From Macrostomum lignano (taxonomy: Eukaryota), in NCBI GenBank assembly GCA_002269645.1, contig NIVC01001802.1:1-64000 (forward strand): DNA of 64,000 nt. The letters are read 5' to 3'. A program made the position numbers and the translations under genes. Every line of letters starts with the position of its first letter. Position 1 is the first letter of the stretch. Positions 50,788 to 64,000 of this stretch are shown one piece after another. The notes under the pieces are model-generated. The model did no database searches and was not told the DNA's origin. It worked only from the letters and a program-made list of their open reading frames with translations.

Positions 50788-52313
50788 CGCCAGGCGCTGC
50801 TTTGCACAGATGAGAAGAGTCATCGGGCCTACTTGGGGTCTTTCTCCCAAGACGGTCAGATGGATTTACACCGGCATCGTTCGGCCCAATATCACCTACA
50901 CGTGTGTTATCTGGTCCAGTGCGTTGGAGTTGAAGACTGTGTGGGACCAGTTGTACCAGCTGCAGGGTAACATCTGCCGAGCCATCACCGGTACATATCT
51001 ATCCACCCCTTACGAGGGGCTCAACACCATCCTCAGCATGCCTCTGCTGCATTTGTTCATTAGAGCCGAGGCGATGAAGGGCGCCACGTGTCTCATCTGT
51101 GATAAATTTATTGCTAACACGCCCTTGGGCTTCATGCCCGAGAAGACTCTTTTCCCACATCTGGACTATATCCGTTGCGATCTTCAATGCATCCACCTCA
51201 ATTTAGACAAGGTAGACTGCAAATCCCCCACTCTCATTCTCAGGAGGGGCTTCAAGTGTACTCTTCCACCGAGAGGGAGTCACCCGCTGGATGTGGGCAT
51301 CAACCAGAGAAGCTAGGGTATTCACTGCTTCACTGATGGATCCCTGTGTGACAGTCTCGCTGGTACGGGCATTGCCATTTTCTACAAGGGTGAAGCATTC
51401 TTACAAGAGAGTCTTCATCTTGGTGAGAATGTCTCGGTTTTTCAATCCGAAGTTGTAGCTATCAACCAGTGCACTGAGCATTTGCACAAAGCTGGCATCA
51501 GCAGCTTTGACATTTATTTTTACTCTAACAGCTAGGCTGCTATTAAGGCCTTGTCTTCTATCAAGCTCTCAACCAAGTCAGTCTCAGACTGCCTCAAAAG
51601 CTTGCAGACCCTAGCGATTCTCAACAGGATCAATGTTATCTGGACACTAGGCCATAGCAACATCCTCGGCAACGAGCTTGTGGATCAGCTTGCCAAGTGG
51701 GGTTGCACCCCCGATGGAGCGCAACGCTCAGTCAAGTTACCTTCTCCGAAGTCATCAATCAACCGTGCAATTCAAGATTGGCTGAACCGCCAGCATCAGA
51801 CTCACTGGGATAGCTGCTCCAAATACTGGCAAGCACGAAAAGCTATGCCTGCTATTAACCGGAAAGTATCCGAATATCTAATCTCCATAAGTAAAACTGA
51901 CTTGAGGGAGATGTGCATGTTAATTACTGGCCATGGCTTCTTCCAGAGACATACTTCACTGCAAAGTGGCTGCTCCCCTATCTGCCCATTCTGTGATTTA
52001 GAGGAGGAAACCTCGACACACCACGTCACTTTCTGCCCGCACTTCAACAAGGCGCAGAGGCGTCACCTTGGTCACCCGCTAAGGCTTGACGAGCTCACCA
52101 CTCTGGACCGGATCCATGACCTATGTGCATTCATTCAGGATTCTGGGCAGATGAAGATTGCAGACGCCACTCTCGCAAGCTCTTCTGCTGCCGGCGAGGG
52201 GTGGGCGCAGCCCCAAGGCTAATGCCTTTTTGTCTCTGTTTAGCTTGGGGTTGCGATAGGGGCCTCGCGGCCTATTCGCGGTGCTCTGCCCCCCGTTGGT
52301 AATAAGTAGTAAG
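50788..52313 (+). mobile_element. 5'-truncated RNase H-containing LINE (LOA/R1/I group), with stop codons
   Basis: [22 protein letters not shown]; RNase H CFTDGS...[10 protein letters not shown]...[21 protein letters not shown]; CPFC...HHVTFC knuckle; taataagtagtaag tail; 14-bp TSD TATGAGGTACATTG at 50774-50787 and 52314-52327. Confidence 0.9.
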
Positions 52314-53087
52314 TATGAGGTACATTGAATCTACAGTGTCTGAGGACTTGCATCTGAATGCTTGCGCCAAATAAAGACGGCTTGTCTACAACTAAAACTA
52401 CCCTCCCCCCGAGATTGAGGACCCTGGTAGTCGGAGTATCTATGAGAAATTTCAAATAGGATTCGTCCACTCAATTTTCCAGCTTATTTGTGCAAACTCA
52501 ATGCCATACGGTTTCGAAGAAATTTGAAGAATTGAAATTTAAAATTTAACCTAATTCCCAAATCTTTTTCTTAAACCGCCCTTATCTCACTATGTTCCAA
52601 ATTAAAAGGAGTCAAAATATAATACTATCCCTTCAAAAAAGAAGTAAAGAACCAACTATTCTTTTGTTTTGTTGAAATTGAACAAGAAAAAGTATATTTA
52701 TCAAAAAATATGCTGTGGAAATTGGAATTTTAGTGTTAAAAATGTTTTTAAAGATTTTTTTAATAGGGGGCCAGGTTAGTTATAATTATTGTCTACTTTT
52801 AGGCAAAAGATACGTTATATAGGCCTAGCTAGTATAAATCAGAGTGGTTGCATAATGCTGATTATATTGTTTTTTTATATTTTTTGGCAAAAATGATTTT
52901 TCAATTATATCTAATTCTAATACTAATAATAGGGCCTATATTATATAAGCTTAATCCTAAGGTCTAATATACAATTGCATAGTAATGACTATTGACCTTA
53001 TAAATGTAGCTAGGCCTAGGCCAGGGCCTAGTCCTAATATTTAGGCCTAGGGCTTATCTATAATTAAAACTCTATTCAATATTATAA

Positions 53088-53676
53088 GGCAGTGCTTATC
53101 CCCACGGTACCGTAGGAATAATTTCTGTCTTATTCCAACGGTACCGTGCGAATAATTTTCTGCTTATCCGCACGGCACACTGAGGAGATAGCTGCCCTAT
53201 CTTCTACATATGCCGTGCGAATAATTTTCTGCTTATCCACACGGCACACTGACGAGATAGCTGCCCTACACGTCCTCTGTTTTATTCCCTCTGCTTTACT
53301 AGCTGCCCTATCTGCTACATATATATGCTGTGCGTGAATAGAATATAGCTTATTGAAAGGGAATTTGAACTGAGGATACTAAGAAGCTGTTGATCTTGAT
53401 GTATAAACTCGAATCAGTTCTAGACTAGTATATGCATGTGTAAATGCGTGTTATTCTGCTTTACTGATACCCTTCTGTATACTTATTCAACAATAATTCA
53501 ACAAAGTTGTTATACTGCACTCAAATCGTATGTACTAAACTTCCCACACGGCATATGTAGAAGATAGGGCAGCTATCTCCTCAGTGTGCCGTGCGGATAA
53601 GCAGAAAATTATTCGCACGGTACTGTTGGAATAAGACAGAAATTATTCCTACGGTACCATGGGGATAAGCACTGCC
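53088..53676. mobile_element. Mutator-like (MULE) MITE
   Basis: About 130-bp TIRs starting GGCAGTGCTTATCCCC; 9-bp TSD ATATTATAA. Confidence 0.9.
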
Positions 53677-56145
53677 ATATTATAAATAAAGCTATTTCAA
53701 ACAAATCAAAATTTAACCAAATTTAACCAATTTATCCAAAATTTATTAGAAAATGTAGGTCTAATCAATAATAGGTCTAAAGTCTCAGAATCTATTGACT
53801 ATTATATTGACAATACAATATGAATATAGGCCTAGAATGCAGCTAAGCAAAGTCATTTTCAGTTTCTAATTCTAACTAATCTGTCTAGCTAGTCAAAGTG
53901 CATTTATAAAAAATGACAAATAACAGTTTCTGAGTTTGGCACACATTGTCATTAGGTCTACATCTGCATCACATGGAATTGTGAACAAAGAACTTTGCAT
54001 TAGGCTAGGGCCTGGGCCGCCTAGGCCTAGTTAATTCTTAATTAGGCCTAGTTAATATTACATTATTAGGCCTAGGCTTCAGAAAACTAAAACTAAAACT
54101 AAAACTCACAAATTAGTTATTTGTATTTATATTTTTAATTTTTTTAAATATTTTTATTTAAATATAAATTAAATTAAATATTTTTATATTTTAAATTAAT
54201 GTTTTTACAAATGAACCTTAAGAGTTTTTAACTTAGAGTTTCAATATTCGATGAGGTGTGTCACAGCGGGGACACCGGACAGTTAGGTCTATAATTTATA
54301 ATTATTCGATGGACGAGTGTGAGTGACTCAAGTGAGTCGGACGCGTGGAAGAGCTGGAAAGGGCCAGCCAGGAGTGCAGTTTTTTGGCTTTTATTCATTT
54401 AGACCTCTGGGAAAGGATTAAAAGGCAAGATTAAATTTACACAGAACGTAAAAATTCGATTTGTTCCGGGATTTGAGCAAATCTAAGAACTTATTTGGGC
54501 TTATTTAATTCTTTAATAATATCCTTGATCACGCATCGTATTTTGCAAGTCTTATTATCAACGGTTTTATATTTACGATTGCAACGATAAACAAAATATA
54601 TTTTTAAGACACATAGAGCAGCCGTAGTACGTACTTAAACTCTATATGATAATTTTGTTACCTGTGTTAAATTTAAATTAGTTTTTTATGACAGTTAATA
54701 AATTCGCCAAAAGTTTGCATCTTTTGAAGCGGCCTAAGACGCAAATTAAATTAATTCGCTTATTATAAAACACAGACTAGAAGCGAATTTACGAAATCTT
54801 AACCGAAAGCGAAGTTACTGCAATCATGTCGGATGATGAGGTGAGATCCTGGGCTTTTTTATAGAACTTCAAGAGAACATTTATGTGACTTCTAATAGTA
54901 ATAATAATAACATAATTGCAATTGCATCTGATCTACATGAGTAGCCATAGCCCCCCCCCCCTACTTGATTCGATTTCAACCTACTTCGGCGAAAGTCAAT
55001 AACGGCGAAAAATACTTTCGCAATGACCATTTTGTCTAAAGGACTAAAGCTTACTATTTATGCGAAAGATTTGTTCCAAGCTTTGGAACAAATCTTTTGT
55101 TGTTGTTTTGTTGTTTTTGAGTTTTGTTGTTTTAGAAGAAAGTTAAAAAGTAAACCAAAAAAAACTTTGGTAGTTCTTATTGTTATGGTGACTGTATAAA
55201 TAGCAAGACTGTTATTTTTACGGTTAACACTTAAAACAAATACCATCTAAATGAAGTGACAAACTTACTGTGCAAATACTATGATGGTTAAATTTAAAAA
55301 ATAAAGAAATGTTTTATTAATTAATACAATAGTAACTTCTAGAATCTAGTGGCTCTTGTCATGGTAGCTTACTTTAGGTAATTGTTGACTATTACCTTGT
55401 AAAATAGAAATTTCTTCCACAAGACCGTAAAAATAGCCATTTTGCTTCCTAGTTCCTATTTATGGTGACCATAAAAGTAATGGTTCTGCTATTTATATGG
55501 TTACATTAGGTAAAGAACATAGGGCTGCATAGTGTCTTATGCATTAACCGTATAAGTAACCATTTTGTTATTTCTACAGTCACCGTAACAATAACAACTG
55601 CCAAAAACTTTATAAAGATATATTTTATTGTGAAATTTTTTGTTTTATTGCAGTTTAATTCAGTTGTTTTTTAGTAGGTGCCATTCTATTATAATAGGAT
55701 TTCAAAGTACTATTTTAGGAACTGAAAAACCACATCATTATTTGTATACTTTAATTTATCAATTGCATAAGCCTATCAATAGATTACATGTACATAACAT
55801 AGCTATTAGCAATGCCATGAGTTTTTTAATTTTCTAACTGCAAATAATCTGCAGCAATGAATAATTTCATAAAGCTTCAATCACCAAAGGGGTATATTTC
55901 CAATAATATAGCCAATCTTTTTGTCAAACTGGTCACTTTCTTTCACAAAAAATGTCTATCTATTTAAACTAAAAATTCATTTTTGCCAAAGCATTTTTTG
56001 CCAAAAATTCCTTTTCCAAAATGGGCTGCACTTTTTGCTTCTATGGGGTACTGACTATACTAACACTAATATTGACAGAGCTATAGTGACATTGATTTGA
56101 AATTTTGGCTGTTGTCCTTCCTTACAAATTATATTTAATCATTAA

Positions 56146-56517
56146 GAAGGTGAGCGCTATCATTTTTTATGCGACATGTTTTGCCTCGCATCATATAAAA
56201 TCGCATAAACCAATCCTAAATAAGCAACTTGCCAATCACAGTGCCAGTGCCCTCCTTAGAGTATTCTAGGTGTACACTTATGCTCATCTCACTCTATCTC
56301 TCTCTCTCTCTCTCTCCCCTCATTGCAACTCTGTGAGCACTCTGTCGGACTGTACAATCTACTGTTAATTTATATACATTTCTGACTTTTATCAACCTGT
56401 TCTTAGTCTTAATTGTTAAATATTAATGAACTAATAAATCGTTACTAATTTTAAGAGCCTGACGATGCCTGACGCGAGGCAAAACATGTCGCATAAAAAA
56501 TGATAGCGCTCACCTTC
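56146..56517. mobile_element. 372-bp element with ~45-bp terminal inverted repeats flanked by TTAA (Kolobok-like MITE or Penelope-derived remnant)
   Basis: TTAA|GAAGGTGAGCGCTATCATTTTTTATGCGACATGTTTTGCCTCGC...GCGAGGCAAAACATGTCGCATAAAAAATGATAGCGCTCACCTTC|TTAA. Confidence 0.75.
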
Positions 56518-56620
56518 TTAATTCTACTTTTTCTTAGACGTGCAACTTTACCACATATTTATTCAATAGTCTAGATCATGCTGGGTGCACACCTGAACAA
56601 AAATTGAATGCCCTTAATAA

Positions 56621-57013
56621 TAGAGGTCGGACGAGCAGAAAATTTTGGTCGGGCATGAAATTTCGTGAAATTTTAAAAGTTGGGCGTGATCGTGAATTTA
56701 TATTTGCATGCACATATTTTGAGCTCATAAGTTACAAGTGTTGAAAATAACAAATCAAGAAAAGAAATAATTTTAAATTGATAATAGCTACTCGGTAATG
56801 CTGTCAAGTCAACAAATTTAAAATTTATCACTTTTACACATTTGTCTTCAAATATTTTGGTAAACCAAGTAGAAAAGTTATACTTCTAATAAAATGTAAT
56901 AAAGCAGAAATTCATGACTGTCGTGAACGGGTTTCAAGGAAATAACGATCGTTAAAAAAATGGTCGTGAATTCACGAAATCGTGATCACAATCGTGATCA
57001 TGTTCGACCCCTA
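56621..57013. mobile_element. hAT-like MITE
   Basis: TIR TAGAGGTCGGAC / GTTCGACCCCTA; perfect 8-bp TSD CTTAATAA; repeated cgtga subterminal motifs. Confidence 0.85.
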
Positions 57014-57753
57014 CTTAATAAGGGATTAAACTGTGTCTGGAAAAGTGATGCACCCAAAAATTATCATGTTTTTTACAAATTAAAGGTTCTGATCTTCAAC
57101 AAAAGTGCACAAAGTTTACATTTGTTTTTCAAAAATATAAAAAAAGTTGTACAAAGAGAACTGCTATTTTCAGTTTTTACCTTTGTCTTATATAAATGAA
57201 ATATCTCAAAATGTCGATTAAATCTCATGTTATATTGTTGTCATATTGTAGTAAAAATCTCAAAAATTCTATATTGTATAACCCTTTGTTATAGTCAACA
57301 AGAATATTGATAGTTTTTAAAAGCATATGTGACTGCAATAAAAGTTTGTATGATTTATAATATAGGCAACATATTAAAATGAGCAACAATTGTGTAGGAA
57401 GAAACCTGCATCTTTGTATTAGATTAAGTATGTTTGTTTATAAAATTTTTAATGTCCATCATGACATGGCTTAAACTGGTATTTGAAAAAGCTTAGTCTA
57501 GTTTTAGTGTATTAACAATAGCAGCAACAGTCCTATTTGGATAGTAGACTTAGCATCTCAACTTCCCTAAAGACAAAAAACATTTAATAGAGTTCAAAGT
57601 AGCCTCCATAAAAGTGCAAACATTTGACCAAAAATTGGTTTCCCTGACACAGCTGAACCAATTTTCATAGACCCTTGTACCATATTCCCAAAATTTGAGT
57701 TCAACTTGCTGACAGCGCTGCCCCATCCCACTCACCTGTTTCCCCCACCCCAG

Positions 57754-60700
57754 TGGACCCCCGGCAGCAGGCCGAAGGCGAAACCAGCCATCCCTGATGC
57801 TGGCTCTGGCCATCGCGACCCGGCATTCGAGAACAAGCTGGAGTACGACCGCACTAAACGATTCGAATATCTCATCAAGCAGACTGAGCTGTTCAGCCAC
57901 TTCATCGAGACTGGCACAGCCCAGGGCGCGTCAGCCAGGTCACGCAAGGTGACCAGCCCGCTGAAGATGAAGCTAGCGGAGGCTGGCAGCAGCAGCGTTA
58001 AACGCCAGCTGTCCAAGGACGGCGACCATCGGCACAGGCGCACAGAGAAGGAGGAGGACGACGAGCTGCTGTCGCAGACCGCGGCGGAGAGCGCCGACCC
58101 TGGCGAGATCTCGCGCTTCGACGCCAGCCCGTGGTATGTAAAGAATGGCGAGATGCGCGACTACCAGGTGCGCGGCCTGAACTGGATGATATCGCTGTAC
58201 GAGAACGGCATCAACGGCATTCTGGCCGATGAGATGGGCCTGGGCAAGACTCTGCAGACCATCTCGCTGATTGGCTTCATGAAGCACTACAGGCAGCACT
58301 CCGGCCCGCACATGGTCATCGCGCCCAAGTCCACCCTGCAGAACTGGATGAAAGAGATCGAACGCTGGGTGCCGACCCTCCGGCCAGTCTGTCTGATTGG
58401 CGACCAGGAGACCAGGACTAACCTCATCAAGGAGACCATCCTGCCCGGCGACTGGGACGTGCTCGTCACCTCCTACGAGATGATCATCCGCGAGAAGGCG
58501 CTGCTGAAGAAGTTCAACTGGCGCTATCTCATCATTGACGAGGCGCATCGGATCAAGAATGAGAAGAGCAAACTGTCCGAGATTGTCCGAGAGCTGAAGT
58601 CGTCCAACCGGCTGTTGTTGACTGGCACTCCTCTGCAGAACAACCTGCACGAGTTGTGGGCTCTGCTGAACTTCCTGCTGCCCGATGTGTTCAGCAATAG
58701 CGAAGAGTTCGACTCCTGGTTTAATCCGGAGTCGCTTGACCAGCAGCAGGATCTGATCCGGTGAGTGGCTCTCTCTGCTTGCCTGGGGCCGTAGCTAATA
58801 GGGTGGATATTGATATAGTGGATGCTAATGGGGCTGGCTGTTGAGTGTAGTAGATGCTAATGGGGCTGATATCGAGTGGAAGATGCTAATGGGGCTGATA
58901 TCGAGTGGAAGATGCTAATGGGGCTGATATCGAGTGGAAGATGCTAATGGGGCTGATATCGAGTGGAAGATGCTAATGGGGCTGATATCGAGTGGAAGAT
59001 GCTAATGGGGCGGATAGTGAGTGTGGAAGATGCTAATGGGGGCGGGTAGTGAGTGTGGTAGATGCTAATGGGGCGGATATTGGGTGTGTTAGATGCTGAT
59101 GGGGCGGATATTGAGTGTAGTAGATGCTAATGGGGGCGGATAGTGAGTGTAGTAGATGCTAATGGGGGCGGATAGTGAGTGTAGTAGATGCTGATGGGGC
59201 GGATAGTGAGTGTAGTAGATGCTGATGGGGCGGATAGTGAGTGTAGTAGATGCTGATGGGGGCGGATAGTGAGTGTAGTAGATGCTAATGGGGGCGGATA
59301 GTGAGTGTAGTAGATGCTGATGGGGGCGGATAGTGAGTGTAGTAGATGCTAATGGGGGCGGATAGTGAGTGTAGTAGATGCTAATGGGGGCGGATAGTGA
59401 GTGTAGTAGATGCTAATGGGGGCGGATAGTGAGTGTAGTAGATGCTAATGGGGGCGGATAGTGAGTGTAGTAGATGCTGTGCTGTGAGGCCCAATACCAA
59501 GCATTGCAACAACAATCCCGCAGCCGCCTGCACCAGATCCTTCGCCCCTTCCTGCTCCGCCGCGTCAAAGCGGACGTAGAGAAGGCGCTGCTGCCCAAGA
59601 AGGAGACGAAGATCTACATCGGCCTGAGCCACATGCAGAGGGAGATGTACACCCGCCTGCTCATGAAGGACATCGACGTGGTGAACGGCGCCGGAAAGAC
59701 TGAGAAGACTCGCCTGTTGAACATCCTGATGCAGCTGCGGAAGTGCGCCAATCATCCCTACCTGTTCGATGGCGCGGAGCCCGGCCCGCCGTACACCACC
59801 GATGAGCACCTGATCGACAACTGCGGCAAGATGGTGCTGCTGGACAAGTTCCTGCCCAAGCTGCGCGACCAAGGCTCCCGGGTGCTGATCTTCAGCCAAA
59901 TGACCCGCATGCTGGACATTCTGGAGGACTACTGCTACTACAGGAACCTGCGCTACTGCCGGCTGGATGGCCAGACGCCTCACTCGGAGCGGCACGAGTC
60001 TATCGAGGCTTTCAACGCGCCCAACTCGGAAAAATTCCTGTTCCTGCTGTCCACCAGAGCTGGCGGTCTCGGCATCAACTTGGCCACCGCCGATGTGGTC
60101 ATTCTGTACGACTCCGACTGGAATCCGCAGGTGGACCTGCAGGCCATGGATCGGGCTCACCGCATTGGACAGAAGAAACAGGTGGGTTTTTGTTGAGCCT
60201 TGTCTGTCTCTGGGATCGGCCAACCCCGGCCATCAGGTCCGTTTGGAACTCTTCTTTCCCCTCTTCCCTCTGCCCTCGCTTTTATCTTTTCCCTCTTCCC
60301 TCTGCCCTCTCTTCTCTTTCCCCTCTTCCCTCTGCCCTCTCTTCTCTTTCCCCTCTTCCCTCTGCCCTCTCTCTTCTCTTTTCCCTCTTCTCTCTGCCCT
60401 CTCTTCTCTTTTCCCTCTTCCCTCTGCCCTCTCTCTTCTCTTTTCCCTCTTCTCTCTGCCCTCTCTTCTCTCTTCCCTCTTCCCTCTGCCCTCGCTTTTA
60501 TCTTTTCCCTTTTCTCTCTTCTCTCTGCCCTCTCTCTTCTCTTTTCCCTCTTCCCTCTGCCCTCTCTCTTCTCTTTTCCCTCTTCTCTCTGCCCTCTCTT
60601 CTCTTTTCCCTCTTCCCTCTGCCCTCTCTCTTCTCTTTTCCCTCTTCTCTCTGCCCTCTCTTCTCTCTTCCCTCTTCCCTCTGCCCTCGCTTTTATCTTT

Positions 60701-62596
60701 TCCCTTTTCTCTCTTCTCTCTGCCCTCTCTCTTCTCTTTTCCCTCTTCTCTCTTCTCTCTGCCCTCTCTCTTCTCTTTTCCCTCTTCTCTCTGCCCTCTC
60801 TCTTCTCTTTTCCCTCTTCTCTCTGCCCTCTCTTCTCTTTTCCCTCTTCCCTCTGCCCTCTCTTCTCTTTTCCCTCTTCTCTCTTCTCTCTGCCCTCTCT
60901 CTTCTCTTTTCCCTCTTCTCTCTGCCCTCTCTCTTCTCTTTTCCCTCTTCTCTCTGCCCTCTCTCTTCTCTTTTCCCTCTTCTCTCTTCTCTCTGCCCTC
61001 TCTCTTCTCTTTTCCCTCTTCCCTCTGCCCTCTCTCTTCTCTTTTCCCTCTTCCCTCTGCCCTCGCTTTTATCTTTTCCCTTTTCCCTCTTCTCTCTGCC
61101 CTCTCTTCTCTTTTCCCTCTTCCCTCTGCCCTCTCTTCTCTCTTCCCTCTTCCCTCTGCCCTCTCTCTTCTTTTTTCCCTCTTCCCTCTGCCCTCTCTCT
61201 TCTCTTTTCCCTCTTCTCTCTGCCCTCTCTCTTCTCTTTTCCCTCTTCTCTCTGCCCTCTCTCTTCTCTTTTCCCTCTTCTCTCTTCCCTCTCTTCTCTC
61301 TTCCCTCTTCTCTCTGCCCTCTCTCTTCTCTTTTCCCTCTTCTCTCTGCCCTCTCTCTTCTCTTTTCCCTCTTCTCTCTGCCCTCTCTTCTCTCTTCCCT
61401 CTTCCCTCTGCCTTCGCTTTTATCTTTTCCCTTTTCTCTCTTCTCTCTGCCCTCTCTCTTCTCTTTTCCCTCTTCTCTCTTCTCTCTGCCCTCTCTCTTC
61501 TCTTTTCCCTCTTCCCTCTGCCCTCTCTCTTCTCTTTTCCCTCTCCCTCTTCTCTCTCCCCCTTATCTCTCTCACCTTTTCTCCCCTCTTCTCTCATCTC
61601 TCATATCGTCTTTCTCATCTCTTCTATCATATATCTCATCTTGTCTCCCGTCTGTCACGTTTCAATTCTGTCTTCTCTAATCTCTCTTCTATTCCTTCTT
61701 CCCTCTCTCATCTCACCGGCAACCATTCGCTAGATTCTTTATCTAGCCCTTGAGGTAAAAAAAATGCCGACTCAGCTTATCTATATACGGATTGACCTGT
61801 AGAAGAGATGGGAACCTCAAGTTATCTCAGCCAACAAGGCTTGTAGTCTTTGTCCTGCAAGGCAAATAAACTCATCCTCATCAGATTGGGACTTGGGCTG
61901 ATCTGGGAAAATTCGCATTTTCATACTTCATTGGTATGAATTAAACTGTAAAATTATAATTGCTCCCTACTCTCCATACTCACCTGACCATCTCCCTCTG
62001 CTCACCCAGGTGCGCGTATTCCGCTTCGTCACGGAGCATACCATCGAGGAGCGCATCATCTGGCGCGCAGAAATGAAACTGCGCTTAGACAACCTGGTCA
62101 TCCAGCAGGGCCGCCTGGTGGACCAGAAGGCCAACCAGCTGGGCAAAGACGAGGTGCTCACCATGATCCGCCACGGTGCTCAGCACATCTTCCGCTCCAA
62201 GGACTCCGAGATCACCGACGAGGACATCGACCAGATCCTGGCTCGCAGCCAGTTGAAAACGGACGAGCTGAACAAGCAGCTGGCCAACCTGGGCGAGTCT
62301 AGCCTGCGCACCTTCAGCATGGACACCGAGGCTGATCAGCAGTTCGGCACCTACATGTTCGAAGGCGAGGACTACCGCGGTCGCAAGGCCAACATCGCCG
62401 CCAACTGGATTGAGCCGCCCAAGCGAGAGCGCAAGGCCAACTACGCTGTGGACGCCTACTTCAAGGAGGCTCTGCGCCAGGCCGAGCCCAAGGCGCCGAA
62501 GGCTCCCAGGCCGCCCAAGCAGCCCATTGTGCAGGATTTCCAGTTCTTTCCTTCCCGGCTTATTGAGCTGCTGGAACAGGAGGTGCTGGCATTTCG
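57754..62596 (+). CDS. SMARCA5: ISWI-family chromatin-remodelling ATPase, partial (exons 57754-58760, 59524-60181, 62010-62596; continues beyond the window; candidate first micro-exon 54826-54840)
   Basis: [103 protein letters not shown]. Phases 2 and 0 are consistent. Confidence 0.95.
58815..59478. repeat. Intronic 28-32-bp minisatellite (gatgctaatgggggcggatagtgagtgtagta)
   Basis: Tandem units in the ISWI intron. Confidence 0.95.
60250..61680. repeat. Intronic TC-rich satellite (ctcttctcttttccctcttccctctgccct variants)
   Basis: Lies between ISWI donor 60182 and acceptor 62009. Confidence 0.95.
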
Positions 62597-62609
62597 GTGA
62601 GTGTCTGGC

Positions 62610-64000
62610 TGTCCCATGACTGTCTCATGACTCGCATGACTGTCCTATGACTCTCATGACTGTCTCATGACTGTCCTATGACTGTCTCATGACTGTCCTA
62701 TGACTGTCTCATGACTGTCCTATGACTGTCTCATGACTGTCCTATGAGTGTCTCATGACTGTCCTATGACTGTCTCATGACTGTCCTATGACTCATGACT
62801 GTCCTTATGACTGTCCCGTGACTTTAAATGACTGTCTAATGACTGTCCTATGACTGTCCCATGACTTTGAATGACCGTCTAATGACTGTCCTATGACTGT
62901 CCCATGACTGTCCCATGACTTTAAATGACCGTCTAATGACTGTCCTATGACTGTTCCATGACTTTAAATGACTGTCCTATGACTGTCCCATGACTTTAAA
63001 TGACTGTCTAATGACTCCTATGACTGTTCCATGACTTTAAATGACTGTCTAATGACTCCTATGACTGTTCCATGACTTTAAATGACTGTCTAATGACTCC
63101 TATGACTGTCCCATGACTTTAAATGACTGTCTAATGACTCCTATGACTGTTCCATGACTTTAAATGACTGTCTAATGACTCCTATGACTGTTCCATGACT
63201 TTAAATGACTGTCTAATGACTCCTATGACTGTCCCATGACTTTAAATGACTGTCTAATGACTCTCCTATGACTTTAAATGACTGTCTAATGACTGTTCTA
63301 TGACTGTTCCATGACTTTAAATGACTGTCTAATGACTCTCCTATGACTGTCCCATGACTTTAAATGACTGTCTAATGACTCTCCTATGACTTTAAATGAC
63401 TGTCTAATGACTGTTCTATGACTGTCCCATGACTTTAAATGACTGTCTAATGACTGTCCTATGACTTTAAATGACTGTCTAATGACTGTCCCATGACTTT
63501 AAATGACTGTCTAATGACTTTAAATGACTGTCTAATGACTTTAAATGACTGTCTAATGACTGTCCCATGACTTTAAATGACTGTCTAATGACTTTAAATG
63601 ACTGTCTAATGACTGTCCCGTGACTTTAAATGACTGTCTAATGACTTTAAATGACTGTCCTATGACTGTCCCATGACTTTAAATGACTGTCCCATGACTT
63701 TAAATGACTGTCCTATGACTGTCCCATGACTTTAAATGATTGTCTAATGACTGTCCTATGGCTGTCCTATGAGTTTCCGATAATTGTCACGTGACTGTCC
63801 TATGACTTTCCCATGACTTTAAATGACTTTCTAAAGACTCCTATGACTGTCCCATGACTTTAAATGACTGTCTAATGACTGTCCTATGACTGTCCCATGA
63901 CTGTAATTGACTGTCTAATGACTCTCCTATGACTGTCCTATGACTGTCCTATGAGTGTCCCATAATTGTCCCATGACTGTCTAATGACTGTCCTATGATT
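62610..64000. repeat. Intronic ATGACT-based satellite
   Basis: atgactgtcctatgact and ttaaatgactgtcta variants to the end of the window. Confidence 0.95.

Noticed and set aside
52240-52470. ORF MDESYLKFLIDTPTT...GGRVVLVVDKPSLFG as an IS1595/Merlin transposase interrupted by the LINE
   Set aside because: Only a vague resemblance; no continuous frame or catalytic motifs on the other side of the LINE.
59967-61753. Four long ORFs (454-588 aa; L/S/F/P-rich or E/R/K/G-rich)
   Set aside because: They are translations of a TC satellite lying inside the ISWI intron 60182-62009.

Overview
This is intron-rich, repeat-rich animal genomic DNA. The style (GC-rich exons, short introns, many intronic minisatellites) suggests a free-living flatworm such as Macrostomum, but that is inference. 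Host genes reconstructed by hand from splice sites: ARL3 (+), thymidine phosphorylase (-), a ZNF280/POGZ-type zinc-finger gene (-) and an ISWI/SMARCA5 remodeller (+, runs off the window). The left edge holds a decayed Polinton/adintovirus-like segment (frameshifted rve integrase, frameshifted parvovirus-type PLA2, a 114-nt hairpin and an intact spliced RING gene), followed by a Gypsy 3' fragment. The most interesting region is 11.5-30.3 kb, a cluster of secreted fibrinogen-related (FReD) genes. One is a PAN-PAN-FReD gene with two tandem last exons. Three others carry a duplicated N-terminal domain I cannot assign and are patchworks of one another. All four split the FReD at the same phase-1 intron. 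A second standout is a 278-bp TIR/TSD-bounded element carrying the 28S rRNA segment that contains the R2/I-PpoI target. Also present: a decayed piggyBac, LINE fragments, SINEs, several TSD-defined MITEs and a degenerate hammerhead-like motif. All coordinates and counts were made by eye and no searches were run.
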